Positions 24,777 to 36,583 of a stretch of DNA of 64,000 bases are shown piece after piece. Under the pieces are notes generated by a model that saw only the letters and a list, made by a program, of their open reading frames with translations, was not told the origin of the DNA and searched no databases. Source of the DNA: Phoronis australis. Lineage: Eukaryota > Animalia > Phoronida. Location of the stretch: positions 805,820 through 869,819 of the forward strand of contig NMRA01000050.1 in the NCBI GenBank assembly GCA_002633005.1, given 5' to 3'. The translations under genes were made by a program, and so were the position numbers. Numbering within the stretch: position 1 is the first letter of the stretch; every line of letters starts with the position of its first letter.

Positions 24777-26206
24777 GCCCAAGACTGGACCTTGTACCAA
24801 TTTATGAAAAATATGGAAATTATTACGAAAAATGTTTTTAAAATAATTTGCAGTGAATCTTTTGAGAGCTGCTTCTGACAGCGTCATCTTGACAGGCAAA
24901 GATTGCTGGACAATTTCTGTACAATAGTTACAATCCTGTGCAGCAAACTCTGCCTAGGCAAGACTGTAGGAGGATATCGTTGACCTTAAATTTTACTCCC
25001 CCTACTTTGAGTATGTCAACACTGCTTTTTGGAAAAGTAAGCGATGTTTTGTGAATAGGCTCCGTTCTTCGGAGTCAGTTAACTGACTTCGCAGTTCTGT
25101 GAGCCGTTTTCGAGTGCGTAGCTACTTTCATGAATAAACGTGTTGTTCGAGTAGGCAGCCTTTGGCAAAATTTTATTACCCATCTTATTCAGCTAAACAT
25201 GCCTCACTCACCCCTTTCTTCCTGAGAACCACATATGCTTAATTTTGGGGGTAATTGCAAGATACCAGTTTGCATGGTTAGCCACGAGGATTGTTATCTA
25301 TACTGCTGGTTAGCCTTCTACACAAACAAAAACAAGAGTTTGAATTATTTCAGTTAAATCTTCTAAACCATGACAATCACAAATTATTACATTGTACTAT
25401 CACTGATCACTCTGGCATTCTTTAAATGGTCCATGTAACAATTTTCTGAGCTTACTCACTGCGTCACATTTTCAGTTTTGGGTAAGTGGTATGTTTCATT
25501 AGTTCCTTTTTATAAAAAATCGACTAAAATTAATACAATGCTCAAAATACCTTTGCTAATGTAAGCAAAATATACTAAAGTAACCACAACGTATTTAAAG
25601 TACGTTCGGTGAGGATTTCAAAGGTGCAGGTAAGCAAAAGTTAATTTTGTGTCACGAGAACCCATCTAACTATTCTGATTTTGGTATGCTACAGGCTTGA
25701 ACAGCAGCTGCCAGTAGACTTCGAAAGATGGCAGAAGAAACATGGTCAATGCCTTAATCAGCTCTGTTAACGAATCTGCACAAATGGTAGATCAGAAGGC
25801 CAAAAGTATCGTTGGCCAAATGGGTAAACGTTGCGCGTGTTTATTATTAACGGCGTAAATTAATTCCTAGTGGCGCGATTTAAATTTTAAATGCGTCAAT
25901 TAATCATTTGTGGCTCAAATTAAATTTCAACGGCGTAAATTGAAGGAATACAAGCCAAGTTGAAAACGCTGCAAAATTGCACAAGTCATTGAAAACTACT
26001 CTCTAATACTTAATGAGAACTTTTTGAAAGTACGGGATTGATCTACTACTTGCACATATTTTTTCATTTTTTTCTGTTTTCTTAAACCTTGTTTTATCAA
26101 AAAAAAATTATTGTCACCCATAATGCTGTGAGGTTTGGGTGTTGGGAAGCTCGAGACATACAGTCTTCCTCTTACGGTAGCGGCTTCCCTGAAGAGAATC
26201 GCCTTA

Positions 26207-29200
26207 TAGTCCACTCATTCTACGGTCAACCCGGAAAAATTGCAACAGGTTTTATTGCATAAATCGTATCCTTTCACACCCCTTAGTGGGATAAAAAGTC
26301 TACCGGAATCGGAGTGGCGGAAGTTGTTTTTTCAAAAAGGCGGACAAAATGGCCGCCAGATTCTCTGATGCTCACTATAACCGAAGAGTGGAATGTGGTA
26401 GAGTAAAAATTCAAAAAGGTTTACCTATGTTTTGTGGGTCAACAAATCCATTGGAAATGGTTTTCCATGGCTGTGGTGTTACCGTCCGCCATTTTCCAAG
26501 ATAGCCGCCAAATCTACTTGAGTCGCACAACTTCGCACGAACAGATTAGTGTGTCGTCTTGCTTCAAGCTTCGCATCATAGGTTTTCTGGGTCGACTAAT
26601 ACATTGAGACTTATTGCATTTGGCACTAATGATTACTTCCACCCTTTCCAAGATGGCGGACAAAATGGCTGCCAGATTTGCAGATGATCATTATAACTCG
26701 AGAGTGGAATGTAATAGAGTAAAATTTCAAAAAGGTTTACCTATCTTTTGTAGGTCAACAAATCCATTGGAAAAGTTTTACATGGCTGTGGTGACACCAT
26801 CAGCCATTCTCCAAGATGGCCTCCAAAACTATTTCGAATCGCACAACTTTACACAAACAGAAGAGCGTCCTGCTTCAAACATTGTATCATAGGTTTTCTG
26901 GGTCGACTAATCCATTTAGACTCAGTGCGTTTGGCTCTAATGATTACTTCCACCATTTTCTAAGATTACCACCACATAGTTGCTTCGTGTAAGAACGTCA
27001 GATTCCAGAGACACGCCATATCCTGAGTTTTTTAGGTTGGCACGTCCATTACAATAATTTTTGTCTGGCTCTTGATGATTACGACTACCATTTTCAAGAT
27101 GGTTTAACGAATAACTTATTTGGGTCAAAAGCATCATGTTTGCCTGGTCTGAAGGATCATTCTCCTCCTGAAAAAATGTGCTGTATTTAAAATAACTCTC
27201 TGCAATTAATTCAGTGATCTGCTATTCACACTGTCTGTGTCACTTCCAGTTAGTTGTAAATGCTAATGAATCTGTACACAATCAACCAGTATTTGCACAA
27301 CTAATCTCTGTCAACTGAGAATGAATTGCTGCAGCTAAAACCACGGCATTCTCCACATGCAACCGAGTAAGGCAATCCTAACTTCTTGCTAGTACATCTC
27401 TTGGAACTGCACGAGCATGTCACAACTTTCAGCAGGTTCTCTGGTGCTGCTGACTGGTCCGTTGTCGTGGGATTTTTTTGCAGCTGTCAGGATTCTCTGA
27501 AATAGTAGTCGTGAATCCACTTGTGTAAAATTACTATTAGCAGCATGAATTGATTGACTTGTCATTGCCACAACCTTGTCTTTCTCTCTGAATGTGAAGT
27601 CTTTCACACTTGTCCCCTCCATAGACAAGTTAACCGCCCTCCCCACTTCTCTGGCATTTTCGGCACTGACGCATATGTCAGCAGTCACACCAGTGCCGAT
27701 GTTCAGAAATGTTTCTCTATACAATGGGTTACTGTTGTGGAGGAATTCAACAAGGCTGCGGATGTCTTTGTCGTTACGCGACTGTCTTGCCTGGGTACAT
27801 TTTTCATGCTGCTGGCTTGTTTCAAAACTCAAGTTTGTCACAGTCTACATGGTACCATTTATACTTGAGCATGCCGGCAATGAAAGCAGCCACAGTGCAC
27901 TCCATTTCGCATCATCTAGTTAAACCTCCTCTTGTTTTAATACTTTTCATGAGCGTTTGTTCAATTACAGGATCATATCTCATTACGACTAGTCTGCCCA
28001 GAATCTGTCACTTTGTCTTACGGTGTGTTGCCCGTAGACGTCTGGACGGGTGTCTTTGAGTTGCTACGTCTGCTGCAAGAATATGTATGGAGATTTTGCA
28101 TAGGAGTTGTGACCAGCAGCTGCAAAGTAAGACAGCATTTCAGAAACTGCTTTTAATTGAAGCTCCCAATCTGACATGTCAAAGGATGTCAATTATCTTC
28201 ATATACTGTAGCCAAAGACTAATGATTCGACTTTGCAGGGACAAGTCTGATTTATGTGCTTCGATTTGTTATGGATACCCACAAGGCACTCCGACGAGCA
28301 TACATCGTCGCACACAGACGTCATGCCAGCAATAAGATCATCATACCGCTTTAGACCAGCTCTCAAATCATCATGAAGAATATCATTGGCCATTGCAGAT
28401 TCTTCTGACGAACTATTCTCTGTCACTGCGAATTCTGAAGACCTATGCTCTGATTCAGTCGTGTTTGAATATACCAATGGCAGTAGGTCGGAAGCCAGAA
28501 GTGAACTCTCGTGTGAGCATTACAAGGCTCAGAATCGGAAGACACTGGCAGGGCATGGCATGCCTCAGAGTAAACATCTAGTTATGTGATCAGCTGGGAT
28601 GTCTGGGATGTCTGAAGAATCTGTCTCCATATTCTGACGAGCCGAAATTTGTGTACAAGCATTGAACTGCTCCACCTCTTGGCATGGAAAATGGGTGTTC
28701 TGTGTTGGTGACATTCCGGACTCCTGGAATTTCTGAAAAACCTGAATTTCTTCCTTCATAAGTTTTGGATTGACGTTACTTGATCTGTCAATATTTGGAA
28801 GTGGGATGTTGAATGTTCTGGCATTTATGATAGCATTCTGTGTTGAGTGTACCAACATATGGCCCCTCACTGCTCTATCCACAATTTTTCCATTTAACAT
28901 AAGGATCACACTGTTTGATGCATGCACTTTCTCAAGAACTTCTTGAAGCCCTGTGCCTTACATTACGTATCCAACACATCCCAGAAAGCTCATCTCAGTA
29001 TGAAATCTTCCAAGCCTGGCTAAGAACAAGTGACTGGAGATCACTGTCGTTTTGTTTGCTGGCACTAATATCCTCTAAAATCAGTTATGTATGTTCATAA
29101 AAGCATGCATATTAAACAAATTGTGAGTCCTAACTATTAAAATTTAACTAATAACTTTTTGTTACACAATCCTATTCGCTTTTCATCAAACATCAGGTGA

Positions 29201-30163
29201 AATCAGCAGCCAAATTCTCAATACATGCCAGCAGCAGACGAGATCGATGCTTGGGAACAACTAATAATATCTCCATTAGCAGAGAAAAAGCCACTTCCTG
29301 CCCAATTTTAATAAGGGTTTGTGTAATGTATAAGCCAATAACTCCACCAGAATAACATATTTTTCTAACAAATATTATTTTTGATACCTCAAATGAATAT
29401 ATTTTACAGAAAAATAATTGAGTTTGTGAAATTTATTATGAAAATTTAACTAAAGCCTTTTCTGAAACACACACCAACTTTTATGTTATATAATCTAAAA
29501 TTTGATTAAAATTCCAAATTTAGTTTCTAAATCTTAAAAACAAATTATAGAAACAATCAACTCAATAACCCTGACTGTAGATTGTAAAATGTTTTTGTGC
29601 AAAGGCGTATCAGGTTACAGACAAAGTTTGCAGAACGTAAATGCGGTGATTGGGCAGCCATTTTGGCGGCCATTTTGTCAGCCGTCTTGATTTTTTTCTC
29701 GCAAACCAGAGACCAATTGTAAGGTCCAGATGTTTTCAATTGTCTAACTTACAAAAGAATAAAACTTTTGCCATTTTCAGGCAAAATATAAAAAGAAATC
29801 TTGCAACATGTACCAAATTGCCGTTTCGGCCGCCAATTTGTCGGCCATATTGGTTTTATTATAAGGAAAATTGGCATCTTTTGATTGGTACAGTATGCCT
29901 GTTATGAAAGGTATGTAATCAATGACAAATTTTATTGTTCTACTTTTAGTTGTTACATAAGAGTAATATGCCAGAAAACCTTAAAAACCGGTTTTGTCGG
30001 CTATTTTTTCGCCATCTTGAAAAACTGACTACCGCCACTCCGATTTCGGTAGATTTTTTCCTGACACCAAGGGATGTTTGAAGATGCAATTCATGCAAAA
30101 AAAACCCTTCTGTTGCAATTTTTTCTAGTTTGGACCCTCTGGAGCCCTAGAATGACTGGACTA
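26207..30163 (-). mobile_element. Degenerate Academ (AcademX-like) DNA transposon
   Basis: tta|tagtccactcattcta ... tagaatgactggacta|tta (TAG..CTA termini, 3-bp TSD) with longer imperfect subterminal inverted similarity. Transposase fragments: ASNSVILMLNGK..RAVRGHMLV, IEQTLMKSIKTRGGLTR, TSQQH...RNDKD...LNIGTGVTAD, VDSRLLFQRI. Confidence 0.85.
26330..26970 (+). repeat. ~315-bp diverged tandem repeat in the Academ subterminal region
   Basis: ggcggacaaaatggc.gccagatt...gagtggaatgt..tagagtaaaa...ataggttttctgggtcgactaat repeated twice. Confidence 0.85.
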
Positions 30164-30267
30164 TTAGCGAGGTAATTTGTACGTTTCTCGGCTATATTTA
30201 ACGATGAGATTGTTCCCTATAACCTCGCAATCACGCTTAAAATTTATTGAAATCAGTCATTGGGAAT

Positions 30268-30687
30268 TAACATATCGCCAGGATTATGACAGACTGCTTA
30301 ACTGACCAATCGGAATGCAGCATTCTTGACCCCATTTCGTCTGCGTTTCCAAGCCGCCCTTTTACCCGACAAACAACACCATGTCGGTAAAACTTATTTT
30401 AGTATATAGCTCAACAAACTGTGCGATAAGAATGATGAAACGATGTTGATATAGTGTGTTTAATTCTGACAGCCGTTATACAGCTCGTGAAGAATATCTA
30501 GTCACTTTTGGACATTACCTAAGTCGACTTATAATGGACATCGTTTTGTTTTGTAGCAGAGCACCATTTTGCTATTCATATACCCGTTTAGCGACAGTGT
30601 ATTTGCCTGTGACATCTTGTTTGTTTGTTTGTTTGTCGGGTGTCACGTGATGACTTCTCGCAAGGGGGCGGATCTTGCGATAGGTCG
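30268..30687. mobile_element. Internally deleted copy of the ISL2EU-type element at 17777-21081, opposite orientation
   Basis: Both ends match the reverse complement of the 17777 and 21081 termini; THAP start MKRC*YSVFNSDSRY at ~30435. Confidence 0.8.
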
Positions 30688-31229
30688 ATTAACATACCAA
30701 CTTAGCAGCAATAGCAACCGTCGTAAAATACACAGGTGATAGAGCCATCGAATTGATTAAAATCTTCCATGTCTTATAATGTATGAATTAAAAACTGAGT
30801 GTTATATACTGTATGGAGAACCCCTGTTTCTGTTTGTCACTTAGTGGTCGTGGGTTCGATTACTTCGTGCTGGCAATTTTGAGACGTTGGACTAATCATT
30901 AAAAAAATATTTGTGCGGTTTCAATACAACTATGGCGTCTACTCTAGTCATCCTAGCTAAACGACAAAAACGCAAATCAGTAGATGAGCAATAACAACCG
31001 GAGGTCAAATCCAAGCAAAATTAGGCAGCATTCCATAAACTTGCAAGTAAAGCGACATCACGCAAAATTACGGTAAAGGTCAACCATTTTGATGCCTTTT
31101 AGTACAGTAGCATTAGTTTTTTATTCACAAGCCTTTGTGTCCACAAGGGGAGTTGTATTTATGTGTTAAGACGTTTCCTTGACTACATCGTAACAGTACT
31201 CGAAAGTAATTGATTATTGGCTGTGTATA

Positions 31230-33995
31230 TCTTGCTACTGTGTCCATCTCGCAATATTCGAAATCGGATCTGTGGACGAATGTTAACATGAAGTCATTGT
31301 AAAATTCCAATATGCGCAACTTCGCGTTCTGATAGACAAAAAGCCTATTTGGAGCGGCAGGGTGAGGCGCATGGTCTTTTTTTTCATCTCCAATTCGTAG
31401 GTTCCGTCCCCGTTGTAGTTGACATGTCGAAAATCCGAGAACTGGACCTGCCGTTGAGCCTTAACCTCACCGCAGTACTTGACGTTACGATGCCTTTCTT
31501 GATTCGTTACAGTCTTACCATACGCAGTGTTGTCTGTAAGCTTCATCTTTTGTGCTACAATAGCTTTGGTTTTTTGTTTGTCCCCTTCCCGCCTAGCATC
31601 GTTGACTTCCTCACCAAAGCACTCTTAGCCTTAAAGGAGAATGCCACCCAAAAAAAAACAACCTATTTTGTATCAATTTAGATCGAGTAGTTCTACTCCA
31701 TAACGGCACGTTCGGTTGCGTTACCTGAAACCTGACGGCATACGGAGGTTTTGAAATTATCCAAAGACGTCATTGGTTTCACCCGCAGTCTGTTCAGCAA
31801 TTTACAACACGGGTTACTGGTGTCAGCTTATCGCTTGAATTCATCACTTAACACCAATAAATCGTCAAACCTCGATGTAAAACCCTTAAAATACACAGAG
31901 TTCTTATAAAAATGTTTTGTTTTATTTCGCTGTTACTTGTTTATTGGTATTTGGACAAACCGTAGCCTAAAAAGCTCGACAGGCCAATTTTACCAAGGTC
32001 CGTAGCAGGAGCTTGGGGTCTCTTCGGAGATAAATTCGAAGTATTCTTCCGTGAAATACAGACACGAGAACTTTGATCTGTGTTGTTTAGACTTGTGATT
32101 TTATGAGTTCTAAACACACAAAACGCCTGTTATCCCGGAGATTGGCTCGGAACGCGATCAAGCCCGTCACGGCCGCCGGGACTGGAACGAGCATAAACCA
32201 GCTTGAGTTGAAAAGTAAACCCCCAGTCACGAAAACACTATAATAGTGAGCCAAAGAAATAACGTGCACGTAATTATTTATGGGAATTGGCCACGAAACT
32301 GAATATCTACTTACTTGCCGGGGGCAGCGACGTCGGGTTCCCCTTCCACAGACCGTCAAGGCAAAGGTTGTACAGTAACAATGATTTGAATAATGCATAA
32401 GTATATGTCTAAATAAAGATTTCCCTAACATGTTACCATAGCATATAAAACCGAGTAATTGTTTCACAACAGCTTCAGTTTCTGTTTACACGGCCTCGGT
32501 GCCCGGTCAATTACCTTTATTGCCAACATCAAAAGCTAATAACGCAGTGGTTTATTCATTAATTGCTGGCTTTTCAACATTTGCACTCACGAATACTGCA
32601 AAGGCATCACACATTGTATCTAATGAGACAGACTTTGTTCAGTTTTATATAAGCCTTGGTTAAGATGAGAATAATACATTTTGAAACAGAACGCAGAATA
32701 ATAAAGGTCTACATGGCAACTCGCCCGGCGCCAATCCCGACTTAGTCAAGAGCTCATCCGACGATGACTTCACGGGTTGGATCGTTAGCTTTCACAGGCT
32801 ATCACTTCGAACTAGAATATACTGATCAAGAAATGCTAAAGAGGCGCCGTGAACATCCACAGGCAACGGAAAGTATGGATAGTTCTTTCGTAAGCCGGAA
32901 TTCGTCAGAGAAATCACTGTCGACGAAATGCCGGCCACAGACACGGAGATGTTTTACGGCCTCATACTTGCTATTAACAACGCACCTTTCATTCTTCACT
33001 ACCGCGAGCCACTTTCTAAGCATTGGGTGGTCTTCTCCTTTAAAATGGGAGCGAATTCGATCACTTGAAAGACGTTAGTTATCTCCGGGCCGTGTTCCAA
33101 GTACGATTTCAGAAGCGGGATTGCCAACAGGGTTTTCTCACCAGAGATCGTTGTGGTCGGCTCATGATTTTATTTCTCTCAGCATACTCCCGCATAAAGT
33201 CTCCATTGTCGTCTCTGTTGATGTCTACATTTCTGAATATAAGCTGCATTTCAGAAAAGTGCTCTCTCAGATGCCTCGGGATTTCAATGTCGAATGCACA
33301 ACCCCTAACAAAGTACCATCTAGAACGAATGTCTTTATTTGTTCGCTTATCAAGCTGCAGAAATATTCAGTAGGTAACTCTCGTCTTCTGAGAAAAGATC
33401 GTAAGGTATCGTCTTGCCGTTTCAAATCCTAAAATTTGCACTCCTTGATCGCTTCCTAATCGAAACCTTGATTGGTGACATAGTATCTAATTTTTCTGGT
33501 ATTCTCCATAAGCTCACTCATGGTGACGTTTCTGGTATCATTCTTCGCCCTCAGAGTTCCGTCGTCTTTTCTTGTAAGTTGGCAGTCGTGGCCATGCCAG
33601 TAACAACCTTGGAATTGGAACACTTAGAATGCAGCTGGCGACAGAAACCGTCTCCTGGAATACAACGTTGACCCTCCATTTTTAACCCTGTGGAACTCTT
33701 AACGAATACGCCTAGGCCTACTTATTTCGCGTAGCCTCGCAACGTAATCCAACCAAGCAGTTGCCTTTCGTGCTTATGGTGGGAAAACTCTCGTTTTTTG
33801 CCTATGACAAATAAATGGTCCGGGCGCCTCCCCGTTTCCCCTAGTTCACCCAAATTATCCACGTTCTCGTAGGGAAACAAACCTTTCTCTGCAGTCGACG
33901 GTCTCATACGCCTTCAAACACTTTGCATATGTACAATCTGGGGCCAAGTAATTCACAATGTCGAGAAACTTAAGTTGATCTGTTGTTAAGCACTT
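31230..33995 (-). pseudogene. Polinton/Maverick protein-primed family-B DNA polymerase (pPolB) pseudogene, interrupted by a Kolobok at 31635-33039
   Basis: LKFLDIVNYLAP..YAK.LKAY, KGLFPYE, YLEHG.EITNVFQVIEFAP, FGEEVNDARREGD...KMKLTDNTAYGK (motif B), LPLQIGF, KLRILEFYNDF and CEMDT (motif C region); frameshifts present. Confidence 0.9.
31635..33039 (-). mobile_element. Second Kolobok-type element (inverted relative to 18115-19707) inserted in pPolB
   Basis: ttaa|aggagaatgccaccc ... gggtggtcttctcct|ttaa; ~1.3 kb similar to the first copy; THAP C-half MLRKWL...LRVCGRHFVDSDF. Confidence 0.9.
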
Positions 33996-34004
33996 AAAGT
34001 TATT

Positions 34005-35398
34005 GCGACGGACCGCTACAATTCTTTGGTCTCCGGGTAGGGAGACTAAAATGTGAACTGGGCAAACACCGAATTTTTCGTCAGGTCAAAAATAACGAAC
34101 GTAGATGGATCGAATATTGCTGAGGATGCTGACTGTCCCCCTACCAAACTTTGGCTACATTCGATGTTCAGTCAAGTCGACATCTCCATCAACGAAAAAT
34201 TGGTTTCTCCTTCAATCAACATTTACGGCTATAGAGTCCATTTGGAAACATTGTTGTCTAACGGAAGCGAGGCCAAGAAAGGACTTTGATTGCAGCACTA
34301 TGGTACAAGGATACTAGCGGTAAACTCGACACTCTAAGCGACGTTATTTAGAATACAAGACGCGTAAAACCCTCCCGACAGGGAGCGCTACCACTGACAT
34401 ATTTATGCAAGGCAGATACGTACTCAATAACGTTGACATAACATGCGCGCCCCCAGGGGGGTCTCGGGGGCTCGGACGAGCCCCCATTAGGCGAATTAAA
34501 CAAAAAGGTCGGAGCCAGAGAAACAAAAATTCCGAGAAAACGAGATAAAAGCCAATTAAAAGGTGAAAACGCACAATTCACAGCACGTATAGCTCCGATA
34601 GTGGTACTGTTTTTTTAGTCGACCGACTAATTTGTTAGTAAAAGATCCGCATCGCTCAAGAATTCGAGCCCCCTCATATTAAAGGCCGGGTACGCGCATG
34701 CATAAGGCTAAGATTGGGTGGAGGAAAGAACACGTTTGCCGTGCCGTCGTGTCCTCGACAGCGGGTGCGAGTTTAAAAATCAAGATCCTAAACGCCGCTT
34801 TATTCGTCAGGAAAGTGAAACTAAACCCCATATTGTACAACTCCCTAGAGAAACGCACAGCAAAGTACAGTCTGTGACGCGTCGAATACAAAGTGTTTTC
34901 CATCCCACGCCGGAATCTCTCTACGGCACTAGAGAATTTGTTTTTAGGTCAACTTCCTAAGAGGGTCGCCGTGGACGTTTGTGATACAGACGCCTACAAA
35001 GGATCGTATGCCAGGAACACTTTCAATTTTAAACATTAAAACAGCAATTATCTCTATCTTTACGTCGACGGGGTGCAGGTTCCTTCTAAACCACTACCAA
35101 TCTACGTTCGTTAGAGCTTTCACAACCTTATTTTCGGGAACCGGATAGAATTACTAGAACAAAGGTAACGACAGAGGACGTCTGGATTATGCCGGGGGTA
35201 ACACGCTGTTTGCTTTTGATCTGACCCCTTACATATCGTTTGGGGGTCACTTTATTCTCATAAAACAACGAAACCTGCGCTTGGAAGTCCAGTTCGCATC
35301 GGCACTTCCTTCCACAATAAACACACTGTTATGCCGAGGTTGAGAACATTGTGGAAATTGACAGAGCTACAAGCGTCTTGTTTGATTTCACACCATGA
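34005..35398 (+). pseudogene. Polinton/adintovirus double-jelly-roll major capsid protein pseudogene, N-terminally truncated and interrupted by a MITE
   Basis: DGPLQFF, NTEFFVRSKIT, LHSMFSQVDISINEK, YRVHLETLL, QGRYVLNNVDIRLRL, PKRV..., NTFNFKH, LYVDGVQVPSKPL, GNTLFAFDLTP, NLRLEVQFA..LP and ENIVEIDR are typical Polinton MCP motifs. Confidence 0.88.
34442..34700. mobile_element. MITE with CATG...CATG termini and 5-bp TSD (CATAA)
   Basis: cataa|catgcgcgcccc ... gggtacgcgcatg|cataa; removing it restores the MCP reading VDIRLRL. Confidence 0.85.
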
Positions 35399-35800
35399 GG
35401 ACTGATAAGATTACTCATTCTAGAACGTGATGGCTTTCTCGGACAGGTCTTGGCAGTTGTCTTTCAGGTGATGAATTGTGTAACCTAGGTGTCGTTTCAT
35501 ATCCGAATGTTTAACTTTGCAACTGTATGATCCTAGCCACACATCTGGAACACAATGGGTGGCTAATTGTCTGACGGAGGATGGAAAAGCAGAATATTTT
35601 GACTCGTACTGCGTGCCACTGCATTGTGGACTCGCCCCGACTGCTCGTTCGCTCAGACAAATAAGTGCGATCCAGTAAGGGATTGTAACAATGTCCTTCG
35701 TTATTACTACACGTTTATAAACAGGTTTCTCTTCACGCAACTGATTGTCAGTTTGGTTCAAAATATACCTAAATGACTCATAATCAAGAAAGACGAGTGC
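35395..35800 (+). pseudogene. Adenain-like cysteine protease pseudogene of the Polinton
   Basis: Starts at an ATGA overlap with the MCP stop; GTQWVA...DGKAEYFDSY (cf. G.HW.A...YFDSYG); decayed. Confidence 0.7.
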
Positions 35801-36583
35801 CTTTCCAGTCTTTATGTGAAACTCACGTAAGTAAAACTTAAGTAACTAAACACATTATTGTACCTGAAGCATGTCTAGTTCTAGGCAGAGGAAAACACTT
35901 GTACGGAAATTGGTGTCTGAACATCTTGATGATTTTTGTAGTGTATTTGAATGTACTTTGTTATTAATACACGTTTAAAAATATCAAGTTCGTGTTCTGT
36001 GTTAGGTCGTCACAATATTTTATTATTATTAGTTTAGTACCGTCGGTAACTGGGTTAGGTATACGCGACTTCTGTTGTTGAGTTATGTGGTTACATTATC
36101 CCTTATTTCACGGGTTTTACGCGACAAGTGTTGTTGAGAGATGAGAGAGAACAAAGGGGATAATACAACGACGACACAATGCGCACGCAAAATAGGGAAA
36201 TCAACCATTTGTTCTTATTCAGTACGCAGTATCGTCTCCATTTCTTGTCCAATCATGATCAGTTGAACTCTACAAACACAACGTAATCTTTTTATAACAT
36301 CCGGGTGGTGGTCGGTGCCACGCCCTAACCTACCTGATGATGTCAGAAGTCGCGTGACTTACGATTGGACCTCCTCTTTCTTCCAGTTTACCGCCGTCTT
36401 CCGGTTACACGCATGGCTTTGACCTTAGATCGAGGTCCCTCTCTGACAGATCCAATTAAACCTATCACGTAATGAGTTGTGACGACATTGTCACTTCTTT
36501 CCGGTTGCATCCATCACCTTTGACCTTTGACCAATGATTTTTGACTGAGGTGCCTCCCAAACGTTCCACGAAAACAACTTACT

